A stretch of 64,000 nucleotides of DNA, taken from the NCBI GenBank assembly GCA_002296225.1, contig DBHR01000105.1:2619-66618 (forward strand), read 5' to 3'. Made by a program: the position numbers and the translations under genes. Shown here piece after piece: positions 47,810 to 56,061 of the stretch (positions are counted from its first letter, which is position 1; every line of letters begins with the position of its first letter). The notes under the pieces are model-generated. The model was not told the origin of the DNA and ran no database searches. It was given only the letters and a program-made list of their open reading frames with translations. This DNA comes from Acidobacteria bacterium UBA823. GTDB lineage: Bacteria > Acidobacteriota > Vicinamibacteria > Vicinamibacterales > UBA823.

Positions 47810-48597
47810 GGTTCGTAGTACTTCACCGGCGGTAGCACCTGAACGACGCGCTGGTCCTTCGCCGCTTCGAGGAACTTCTTGAGCCCAGCCCGTGCCGAGT
47901 CGTCGAGCGTAAAGCTGATGTTGTCACGAAGATAATCCACCGCAACCTCAACCTTGTCTTCGTCGCCCTCACAAAATTCAGTTGCGATGGCATCGCTGGC
48001 CAAGACGCCAGCGTCCCGGGCAGCGGTCAACGCGACGATATCCTCAGGCCCGATCACTCCCGGCCGCCCTGCCCAAAAGGCCCAGACAAACGGCAGATTT
48101 GTCATCGCCGTCCATTCTTCACCGAGGTCGGTCTTCTCAATTCCCAACGCATCATGGTCAGTGAAGAGCGCAGCGTCGCCTATGAGGAGTGCAGCATCAC
48201 ACCGCGTGAGCATCGACTTAATGTCTGGTGGCAACGTCACGAACTTCGGCTCAATGTCGAACGACTGAGCACAGAGCACGCGCAGCAACGCCACGGACGT
48301 TCGGGAACTACTGTCGACCGCAATCGACCGCACTGCCGTAATCGGACGGTCAGCAAAAACGGCCACCGAGGCCACCCGACCAGTCGACGAGATCGCCACG
48401 TTTGGCACAACACGATAGTCGGGCCGCTGCGTGACTTCAATTGACGGAATCAGTCCGAGGTCGACCGAGCCGTCATGCAGTAACGCAGCGCATTTCGACG
48501 GAACGTCGAACCGCAGCGAGAACCTGTCGGGCTGCCGATCGAGGCCGTGCACTAACGGTCGCGCATTCAAGTAGGCTACAGCTCCCAGCCGAATCAT
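47806..48597 (-). CDS. mqnA: Chorismate dehydratase MqnA
   Basis: 263 aa with MIRLGAVAYLNARPLVHGL, then LLHDGSVDLGLIPS and WAFWAGR. This is the PBP-like VitK2-biosynthesis fold family. MqnD is homologous, so the A versus D assignment rests on the N-terminal pattern and context. Confidence 0.8.
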   Translation of the reverse strand: MIRLGAVAYLNARPLVHGLDRQPDRFSLRFDVPSKCAALLHDGSVDLGLIPSIEVTQRPDYRVVPNVAISSTGRVASVAVFADRPITAVRSIAVDSSSRTSVALLRVLCAQSFDIEPKFVTLPPDIKSMLTRCDAALLIGDAALFTDHDALGIEKTDLGEEWTAMTNLPFVWAFWAGRPGVIGPEDIVALTAARDAGVLASDAIATEFCEGDEDKVEVAVDYLRDNISFTLDDSARAGLKKFLEAAKDQRVVQVLPPVKYYEP

Positions 48598-49502
48598 CGC
48601 GTCACATCCTCGAAGCAGCCATCCCTCTCCACTGGCACAAACGATGCGGCTCGGATGTTCCTCCGAACCTCCTCCAGCGGCGTCCGTCGCGGACCCAACT
48701 TGCCGGTATCAACAGCTGGCAGGGCATCAATGTCGTCAGCGCCAAACATCAGCGCGACCTGCGCCAATTTCGCACCGTGTAACGCCCAGTCGACTTGGAT
48801 CGAGTCGATATTGTCAACCAGCAGACGCGCCAGCGCAACCTGCCGCACATCATCGTAACCGGTCGGTAACTCCGCCCCAGGCTCGGCCGCAGCGTCCGCA
48901 CGAGGCAGCGGTGCGAATGCCCAAACCGCCCGCGCGGGCAGCGACCAACCGGCTACGGCCCGCACACATCCGAGCCTAGCATCGCCACACGCCTCGTGTA
49001 TCGTGACGCGGGCAACCGCTAGCCCAGCAGCCACAACGGCGCTCACTGCAGGTTCGGGATTCGGCGTGCGTTCCACAACGAGTTCCGAAACAGCCGAGAG
49101 ACCTGCCGCGCGCAGACCGGTCAGCGAACGCTCAAGCGCGGCCGTGTCCCCGCCAGACACCGCCAAGAGGTCATGGAGAGCGAATCCCGTCACAGGCACG
49201 CCTGCACCGGCGACCACACGTACCGCTGCCTCCGCTTCTTCGGGCGACTCCGGCACGCCGGTCACACGGATCTCCCGCGCCTGCCCCTTAATCTCCCTCC
49301 ACGCCGGCCTCTGCACGGGAACTTTGGCAACACGCACGAACGTCGTAGCCTCACTGTGCCGGGCTCGCCGCACGTCATCGGCGAGCGTACCCAACAAGAA
49401 CAGATCGGTCGTCGATGCCAGGACGCGCAGCTGCTCATCGTCAAGCCGACCGCCAGCGGCCAGCCCGGCGCGAAGCTCCTCCAACACCACCTCGTCAGAC
49501 AT
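48594..49502 (-). CDS. MqnC/MqnE-like protein lacking the radical-SAM cysteine triad (function unknown)
   Basis: Both termini align by eye to the 406-aa enzyme downstream. GGRLDDEQLRVLASTTDLFLLGTLADDVRRARH matches GGRLNRAEALTLYEQASTHLLGRLAGEARACRH, and VALARLLVDNIDSIQVDWALHGAKLAQVALMFGADDID matches LALARLVLDNVENLQASWVTQGGKVGQLSLSYGANDMG. The CxxxCxxC segment is replaced by TFVRVAKVPVQRPAW. The start is trimmed to the ATG at 49502. Confidence 0.6.
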   Translation of the reverse strand: MSDEVVLEELRAGLAAGGRLDDEQLRVLASTTDLFLLGTLADDVRRARHSEATTFVRVAKVPVQRPAWREIKGQAREIRVTGVPESPEEAEAAVRVVAGAGVPVTGFALHDLLAVSGGDTAALERSLTGLRAAGLSAVSELVVERTPNPEPAVSAVVAAGLAVARVTIHEACGDARLGCVRAVAGWSLPARAVWAFAPLPRADAAAEPGAELPTGYDDVRQVALARLLVDNIDSIQVDWALHGAKLAQVALMFGADDIDALPAVDTGKLGPRRTPLEEVRRNIRAASFVPVERDGCFEDVTR

Positions 49503-50436
49503 GGCGCGCGATCTGCTCCGTGATCCGCTCGGCAAGCATCAAGGCACGGCGCCCTTGCTCCCCCGATACCCCTGGGTCGCGCCCATGACGCACCGCAAGA
49601 ATGAAATCGGCAAGTTCGCGCTCAAGCGGTTCTCCGGTTGTTACCTCGAGCTTGCCACCCTCAATCGTCGGCTTACCTGCATCGTCAATTTTGAGTCGCC
49701 ACGCCTCGGCTTGCTGCGTTGCATAATCCACTGACAGATAGGCACCGGATTGGAAAAATCTAATCTTCCGCACGCGGTCGCGACTGATGCGGCTAGCGGT
49801 CAGGTTCGCGATACAACCAGACTCGAACCGAAGCCGCGCATTCGCGATGTCAACGCGGTCGCTCAAGATTGGCACGCCGACCGCTTCGATCGACACTGGG
49901 TCGGAGTCGAGCACGCCGACGATGACGTCGAGGTCATGAATCATCACGTCGAACACAACGTCAATGTCTAGGCTTCGCGACGGAAAGGATCCAAGTCGAT
50001 GGACCTCAATGAACTTCGGCTTGTCGATGAGCTGCGAGACAGCGACTAGAGCTGGATTGAAGCGTTCGGTGTGACCAACCGCGAGACACGCACCCGAACC
50101 CGCTGACGCAGCCAGCATCTCGTTGGCCTCGGTAACGCTACTCGCCATCGGTTTCTCGACGAGCACCGGCACACCGGCATCAAGAAACGGCTTTGCAATC
50201 TCTAGGTGCTTCTTGGTAGGAACCGCGACGGTCACAGCATCCACACGGCCTTGGAGTGCGCCGACATCGGTCTCGGCTGCTGCCGAAGTTCCGTGAACAG
50301 CCTGAAGCGCCCGGTCCCGGTCGATATCGACGGCGGCCACGAGCTCTACATCCGGCGACGACGACAAAATTCTGGCGTGGTGACGGCCCACGTGGCCAAC
50401 ACCCACGACCGCGACACGTAGCGAACAATTCCTCAC
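49495..50436 (-). CDS. Gfo/Idh/MocA-family NAD(P)-dependent oxidoreductase (GnnA-like by context)
   Basis: 313 aa with a GTG start. It has the Rossmann motif LRVAVVGVGHVGRHHA, EKP, and GHTERFNP. Confidence 0.8.
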   Translation of the reverse strand: MRNCSLRVAVVGVGHVGRHHARILSSSPDVELVAAVDIDRDRALQAVHGTSAAAETDVGALQGRVDAVTVAVPTKKHLEIAKPFLDAGVPVLVEKPMASSVTEANEMLAASAGSGACLAVGHTERFNPALVAVSQLIDKPKFIEVHRLGSFPSRSLDIDVVFDVMIHDLDVIVGVLDSDPVSIEAVGVPILSDRVDIANARLRFESGCIANLTASRISRDRVRKIRFFQSGAYLSVDYATQQAEAWRLKIDDAGKPTIEGGKLEVTTGEPLERELADFILAVRHGRDPGVSGEQGRRALMLAERITEQIARHV

Positions 50437-50441
50437 CTGCC

Positions 50442-51299
50442 CTACCCGGTCGATTCACGTGGACGTCCGACCACTGACAGTCCAGCCTCGTCAGCCGCTT
50501 GGACGAACGCGTCGCCGTCAACGATCAACGTCTTCCCAGCATCGACTGACAGCGCCGAAGCGCCAACCCTGAGCATCGCCTCGACGGTCGGCACGCCGAC
50601 GACCGGCACGTCGAACCGCATATCCTGATTCGGCTTGGCCACCTTCACAACGCAGGTACCCGACCCCGCAAGCCGGCCAGCGCGCACGATTACCTCATTT
50701 GTGCCTTCCATCGCTTCGATCGCTACGATGGCCTTGTCCTTAACTATCACCGTTTGCCCAGCATCGAAGCCCGCAACTGCATCGGCTATTCGATAGCCAA
50801 ACGCGAAATCAGCTGACTCGTTGGCCGTTGGCTCGCGGCGGGTCAATGTGCCAGCCGTTGCGAGTAAAGTTTGGAGAAACGCTGTCGAGTCCAGTAGCGT
50901 GATACCGTGCTCGCCGAGGACGTCAGCGATTGCCGAGAGCAGGGCGTCCGTCGATTTCGCCGGGACTCGCTTCAGCACAGATAGTAGAGTCGGGTCCGGT
51001 GTCACGCCTGCAAACAGACTCGAGTGCCTCACCTGCCCGGCCATGATCGCCTCAGTTACTCCAGCCGCGCGCAGCACCGAGATGCAGGTCTCCAACTGGC
51101 CCAGCGACACCCAGTGCACGGCAACGGCTGGTGTACTCGCCGCCGCCTGCTCGATGCTTGGATCAGCCTCTTCCCGGATCGCTACGATCGTGACGTCCCG
51201 GCCGAGTCGTTGCGCCGCCTCGAGCACCAGAAAGGGAAATCGGCCGTTGCCGGCGATCATGCCAATGGGAGGCATCTCAGAAACCGCGCAACTAATCAT
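50442..51299 (-). CDS. lpxI: UDP-2,3-diacylglucosamine pyrophosphatase LpxI (DUF1009)
   Basis: [18 protein letters not shown], and C-terminal [11 protein letters not shown]. It follows lpxA. The start is ambiguous: 51299 (8-nt overlap) or 51275. Confidence 0.8.
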   Translation of the reverse strand: MISCAVSEMPPIGMIAGNGRFPFLVLEAAQRLGRDVTIVAIREEADPSIEQAAASTPAVAVHWVSLGQLETCISVLRAAGVTEAIMAGQVRHSSLFAGVTPDPTLLSVLKRVPAKSTDALLSAIADVLGEHGITLLDSTAFLQTLLATAGTLTRREPTANESADFAFGYRIADAVAGFDAGQTVIVKDKAIVAIEAMEGTNEVIVRAGRLAGSGTCVVKVAKPNQDMRFDVPVVGVPTVEAMLRVGASALSVDAGKTLIVDGDAFVQAADEAGLSVVGRPRESTG

Positions 51300-52542
51300 C
51301 CACGATGAGGTCGTCCAGCCGACGGGTTGGACGACGCAAACCGACACCGCGTTGGGACGTTCGAATGAATTTCACTAGATATTCAACCTCGGCACAGGAC
51401 AGGCTTTTATCCTTGTCGATCCGGGCCAGCGCCTGACTGGTATTTAGCTTCGACTGCAGCAGGTATCGATACGTCCTTTTGAGCTTGGCGATGGTCTCTG
51501 GTGAAAATCCACGTCGTACCAGTCCAATTGTGTTCACGCCATACACCCGGCAGCGGTTGCCAACCGTGCGCGCGTACGGCACGGCATCGCGCGTAACGAC
51601 TGAAAACCCGCCGACAAACGCATGCAAGCCGACCCGGCAAAACTGATGGACACCCGATAGAGCGCTAATCGTCGCGTAATCCTCGACAGACACATGTCCG
51701 CCAAGCGTTGCGCCATTGCCAAAGATTACGTGGTTGCCAACCGTGCAATCGTGTGCAATGTGTGCATAGGCCATGAAAAGGTTGTCGTCGCCGATCCTCG
51801 TAAGGCCGCCACCACCTTCAGTGCCACGATGGACCGTTACGAATTCGCGAAAGACGTTGCGCTGGCCGACGACTAGCCGGCTCCGCTCACCTTGAAACTT
51901 AAGATCCTGCGGAATGAGACCGATGGATGCGCAGGGAAAGATTGTCGTGTCATCACCGATTTCGGTCCAACCATCGACCACGGCCGAGGCGCCAACCCGG
52001 CAACGCCGGCCTATCTGCACATTCTCACCGATAACCGCATGGGGCCCAATGACGCTCCCGGCCCCAATCTTGGCGCCCGGTGCCACATTTGCGTTTGGGT
52101 CAATCTCAACGTCGCCATCTCTCAAGCCCAACAGAAGCGTCGCCGTGGCAACGCGTTGCCCTTCAATGGACGCCCGGCACTCGGCTTCGGCCAACTCACT
52201 ATCCGATGAACGTAGCGTCACCTCAAGACGCAGGCGATCGCCGGGCACAACTTGGCGACGAAACCTCGCTCGGTCCACGCCACGCAGACAGGTGCGTTGG
52301 CTGGAAGTCTTGGAATCTTCGAGTAACAGGAGGGTTGCAACCTGCGTGAATGCCTCGATCATGAGCACGCCAGGCATTAGGGGCGTGTCGGGAAAGTGTC
52401 CCTGAAAAAACTCTTCCGTGACGGTAACGTTCTTGACGCCGACGATCGACTTGCCAGGCTCATAGTCCACCACCGCGTCCACCAGGTAGGACGGGTACCG
52501 GTAGTCGAGTTTGTCGAGCGTCGCCGGAATGTCGATTGACAC
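51292..52542 (-). CDS. fabZ/lpxA: Fusion protein: 3-hydroxyacyl-ACP dehydratase FabZ (aa 1-140) + UDP-GlcNAc acyltransferase LpxA (aa ~146-416)
   Basis: A single 416-aa frame with a GTG start. The FabZ hot-dog part has [20 protein letters not shown] (catalytic His and Glu). The junction ...[25 protein letters not shown]... has no stop or in-frame start. The LpxA left-handed beta-helix hexapeptide repeats and AHIAHDC follow, with a C-terminal helical domain. Confidence 0.85.
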   Translation of the reverse strand: MSIDIPATLDKLDYRYPSYLVDAVVDYEPGKSIVGVKNVTVTEEFFQGHFPDTPLMPGVLMIEAFTQVATLLLLEDSKTSSQRTCLRGVDRARFRRQVVPGDRLRLEVTLRSSDSELAEAECRASIEGQRVATATLLLGLRDGDVEIDPNANVAPGAKIGAGSVIGPHAVIGENVQIGRRCRVGASAVVDGWTEIGDDTTIFPCASIGLIPQDLKFQGERSRLVVGQRNVFREFVTVHRGTEGGGGLTRIGDDNLFMAYAHIAHDCTVGNHVIFGNGATLGGHVSVEDYATISALSGVHQFCRVGLHAFVGGFSVVTRDAVPYARTVGNRCRVYGVNTIGLVRRGFSPETIAKLKRTYRYLLQSKLNTSQALARIDKDKSLSCAEVEYLVKFIRTSQRGVGLRRPTRRLDDLIVDD

Positions 52543-52640
52543 GGAAGTCTCAGAGATCGTCCGAAAGGTGTCGGTCCGTGCAAACCGCCAAGCGGTGCCA
52601 AGGGCGCCACCTGGCTCGTCGCTTCACACCAAAAAGCCTG

Positions 52641-53222
52641 TCAGGGCTGTGGCTGGGTAGCGCCCCCGGGCGCTGCATGCGCACTGTCAAATCGGGCAAT
52701 GACGTCGTCAGTAATGTCGAGTCCTGGCACGCTCCAGAGGACTCCGGCGTCGGTGACGCTGAGCACAAGATGCAGCTCTTTCTCGGCAGCTACTAACTCG
52801 ATGATCGGAATCAGATCATCCTGGAAGCTAAGCTGCAGTTCCTCCTGCAGGGCCTGTACCTCCCCCTGCGCATCCTCAGCAGCACGTTGGACATCGACCT
52901 GCAGCCGCGTAATCTCGCGTTGGAGTTGCGTGAGGGCGGCCTGACTCATCACGGTGCTACCCTGCTGGAGCCTTTCCTGGCTCGCCTGCAAGGTCTCATT
53001 CATCGTGTTGACTTCGGTATTGTTCTCATCGATCAGGGCCTGTACCCGCTCACTGAGTGCTAAGCCACTCGCTGATTCGGCCGCCACTCGAGGGATGTTC
53101 ACCCAGGCTACCACTGCGCCCTCCGGCAAACCCGCCTGAGCTTCCGACCCAGCTGCCCATGCGTGGCCACTTCCCACAACCAGCACGAACGCAGACATTG
53201 CGACGAGACTCGATACTTTCAT
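52641..53222 (-). CDS. skp: Periplasmic chaperone Skp/OmpH family
   Basis: Signal peptide MKVSSLVAMSAFVLVVGSGHAWA, then a Gln/Glu/Leu-rich coiled-coil body. It lies directly downstream of bamA. The start is trimmed to the ATG at 53222. Confidence 0.75.
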   Translation of the reverse strand: MKVSSLVAMSAFVLVVGSGHAWAAGSEAQAGLPEGAVVAWVNIPRVAAESASGLALSERVQALIDENNTEVNTMNETLQASQERLQQGSTVMSQAALTQLQREITRLQVDVQRAAEDAQGEVQALQEELQLSFQDDLIPIIELVAAEKELHLVLSVTDAGVLWSVPGLDITDDVIARFDSAHAAPGGATQPQP

Positions 53223-53382
53223 CGACTGCTTCCCCTTGCAGGTGTCCGAGAATACCCCGCGACACGCGTTCATCAACTGAGCCAGAGCACCCCAAAAACT
53301 AGCCCTGACACCAAATCGGCGTGCCATTGTACACTTTTTCCGGCTCAATTAGCCGACCGCTGTTTCTGCTTCCACGCTCGGC

Positions 53383-55968
53383 CTAGAACGAAGCACCGAC
53401 GACGAATCGGAAATTGAAGGTCCCCTCCGGTCGAAAATTATTGTCGAGAACGCCCGAACGCTGCGGGTTGTACGCAAAAATCAGTCTGAGCGGTATGTTC
53501 ATAACCGGCATGAGAAAGCGCACTTCGGCGCCCGTCGACGTCTTGAGGTCCTTGAGCGCGAAGCCCTTGCCGGCTTCCTGCACCTGCCCGGTGTCATAGA
53601 AGAGAACCAACCGCGCAGGCTCCGCCACCGTGATTATGTACTCGCCAGTGAAAAGCAGGCTTTTATCGCCACCAAGCACAAGCCCGGTCGCAGCGTCGCG
53701 GGGCCCGACGGTGCGCAGGTCGAATCCGCGGATGCTGTACTCGCCTCCTAGGTAGAGCCGCTCGAAGATCGGAAGCGTTGTCGTGTCGCCGAATGCCACC
53801 TTGTACTCGCTTTCAAAACGAAGCCCGAACGAGGTCGCTGGGGTATGCGGGATGTACCAAACGGTCTCAATGCGGGGACTGTAGAAACTGGTGTTACCAC
53901 CCACCCCCGCGTACTCGAACGCCAAGACGATCCGCTTGCCCGCGCTCGGAAAAATTGGATGGTTAACCGTGTTATGAATAAACCCAGGCGTTACCTTGCT
54001 GACCGTCCGCCTGCCACCCATTCCGAGGAGCAACGAATCCTGGAGATACGGATTGTATTGGAGCAGCAGCGGGTCCATGAATAGCGGATTAAGGTCGCTA
54101 ACGGTCGTTCCCTCGAAACTGTAACCAAACGACAGACGCGTGAAATTGGCGATCGGCTTACTAACGTTGAAATTGGCTCCTACTGACTTCTGCGTGAACT
54201 GTCCGGTCCACTCCAGCTTTGTTTTATACACGCTGGCGCCCGCAGCCACGTTACTGTTCAAAACAAAATTTTCGGTGACTCCTAATACCAAATTTTGCGC
54301 GCGCGTGCCGTGCATCAGGTTCAGGGTCAACGCCGTGCCGCGGCCCAGGAAGTTTGAGGTGCCAAAGGCCAAGTGCGCGAAGAACCCGTCCCACTCGGAC
54401 ACACCGGCGCCGAAACTGATTTGGTTCCGGTTCTGCTCCTCGAGTGGGAACCTCAGATTGACCTCGCCCTCACTGCCCTCTTCTTCGCTCTTCTCGACGT
54501 CAACAGCATCTTCCTCGAGCGGCAGGAAGTATCCGAGCTGATTCAACCGGCGAACACTTATTTTGAGCCTCTCGGTATCGAACACGGCGCCCTCGAAGAC
54601 CTGAAGCTCCCGTCGAATGACCTTGTCATGCGTCGTCGTATTCCCCGAAAAGTCAATGCGCTTTACGAAGTACTGCTCGCCCTCCTCCGCCCGAATGACC
54701 ACATCCACGACCGGTGGGACATCAAGGCGCCGAAAGCTCCCATCAGCCTCTTCGACCTGATCGCGAGGAGCGAGATCGGGAAACGCCACGAATTCCATGT
54801 AGCCGATGGCGCCGTACATCATCTGCAACCGTTCGATCCCTTCTCGGATCACCTTCTCGTTGTAATAATCCCCTTCTTCAATTTCGAACTGAGCTCGGAC
54901 TGCATCGGCTCGAGCGACCTCGGTTCCATCGAACGTAAGGTCGCCCAGCCGGTATCGAACGTCTTCCTCGATAGGAATCCGCATCTTCACGTACCGCTTG
55001 AGTCCGTCTTCAGAATTCTCAAGTGTCGTTAACTCGGGCTGGCCAATCTGTGCACGGACGTAGCCCAAATTTCGGTAGTGCAGGATGATCGCTTCGGCAT
55101 CCTCGGCGAAGCGATGTTCCTTATAGGTGCCGCGTTTCATGAACCAGTTGAACGGCCAGATCGGAAACGGCAATCTATTCGCCGTCATCTGCTTGCGCAG
55201 CGTTCGGTCGCTCTGGTCCTCGTTGCCGGCAAACTCGATCTCCCGGAGCCGGGCTTCCGGTCCGTCCTCGATCGTGAAGACAAGACGTACTCGCTTCGGA
55301 CCACCAGCAACAGGATCGACACTGTGCGTTACCACGGGATCGTGGTAGCCCGCCTCGGCGAGCATCACCCGTAGAATCGTTTTGGCCTTCTGAATGAGTG
55401 CCGTGTCGACAAACGTATCAAGCTGAATCGTAGCCTCAGCCTGTACCAACATTTCCTCAATCTTCGTTCGCTCAAGCGCCTCGGACCCGTTGAATTCGAC
55501 AATGCGGACTCGCTCGCGTTCTTCTATGTTGTAGATAATGTTACGGCCGATGACGCCGTTCGGATACGGCTCGTCGTTGTACTCAATCGTAAGATCATCA
55601 ATGAATCCCGTCTCCCACAAATTCCTGAAGTCGCTGAGTACCCGTTGCTCGTCATACTCCAACCAGACGTTTTCCGACGGACGGCTCGGGCGTGTCTCGA
55701 TATAGAAGAGATAGGTGGCTGGCTCAATTGAAGGCACGTTGCCTTGCGCAGGAAAAGCAATCTGGATCGTCCGTACAACGGGTGGTGAATCGACCGGGGG
55801 TGTCGGCTGATCCTGCTGTGCGTCAGCGGCCACCCGTTCAGTCGCCGTCACCGGCTGAGCCAGCACCGATGTCGGCCACGCAGCCGCGGACAGGGTCAAC
55901 AAGGCTAACACCGTCCTCAGCGTTGATGTGGGTATCCCTTGCATCTGCTCGATCCCTACGTGCCGCAT
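53383..55968 (-). CDS. bamA: Outer-membrane protein assembly factor BamA
   Basis: About 860 aa with a signal peptide, five POTRA-like repeats, and a C-terminal Omp85 beta-barrel ending ...FRFVVGASF. The start is uncertain: the ATG at 55968, or the ATG at 55944, which has an AGGGA Shine-Dalgarno-like sequence upstream. The track start is 56028. Confidence 0.9.
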   Translation of the reverse strand: MRHVGIEQMQGIPTSTLRTVLALLTLSAAAWPTSVLAQPVTATERVAADAQQDQPTPPVDSPPVVRTIQIAFPAQGNVPSIEPATYLFYIETRPSRPSENVWLEYDEQRVLSDFRNLWETGFIDDLTIEYNDEPYPNGVIGRNIIYNIEERERVRIVEFNGSEALERTKIEEMLVQAEATIQLDTFVDTALIQKAKTILRVMLAEAGYHDPVVTHSVDPVAGGPKRVRLVFTIEDGPEARLREIEFAGNEDQSDRTLRKQMTANRLPFPIWPFNWFMKRGTYKEHRFAEDAEAIILHYRNLGYVRAQIGQPELTTLENSEDGLKRYVKMRIPIEEDVRYRLGDLTFDGTEVARADAVRAQFEIEEGDYYNEKVIREGIERLQMMYGAIGYMEFVAFPDLAPRDQVEEADGSFRRLDVPPVVDVVIRAEEGEQYFVKRIDFSGNTTTHDKVIRRELQVFEGAVFDTERLKISVRRLNQLGYFLPLEEDAVDVEKSEEEGSEGEVNLRFPLEEQNRNQISFGAGVSEWDGFFAHLAFGTSNFLGRGTALTLNLMHGTRAQNLVLGVTENFVLNSNVAAGASVYKTKLEWTGQFTQKSVGANFNVSKPIANFTRLSFGYSFEGTTVSDLNPLFMDPLLLQYNPYLQDSLLLGMGGRRTVSKVTPGFIHNTVNHPIFPSAGKRIVLAFEYAGVGGNTSFYSPRIETVWYIPHTPATSFGLRFESEYKVAFGDTTTLPIFERLYLGGEYSIRGFDLRTVGPRDAATGLVLGGDKSLLFTGEYIITVAEPARLVLFYDTGQVQEAGKGFALKDLKTSTGAEVRFLMPVMNIPLRLIFAYNPQRSGVLDNNFRPEGTFNFRFVVGASF

Positions 55969-56061
55969 GGCCCATTTGCCCGTTTCATACTTGCCCTGCC
56001 CGAGCCAGGCCATTGGCCTCGGTGACACTCAGGTAGACTGCGACCGGCCGCTCTCTAAATG

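Noticed and set aside
49003-49734. Long antisense ORFs opposite confident genes. Examples: 49003..49734 (+, 243 aa), 34425..35144 (+, 239 aa), 25408..26145 (+, 245 aa), 62424..63143 (+, 239 aa), 13465..14040 (-, 191 aa), 21334..21921 (-, 195 aa).
   Set aside because: All are Ser/Arg/Ala/Pro/Thr-rich low-complexity translations with no recognisable motifs. They lie opposite genes with strong family signatures. These are the shadow ORFs expected in high-GC DNA, where stop codons are rare.
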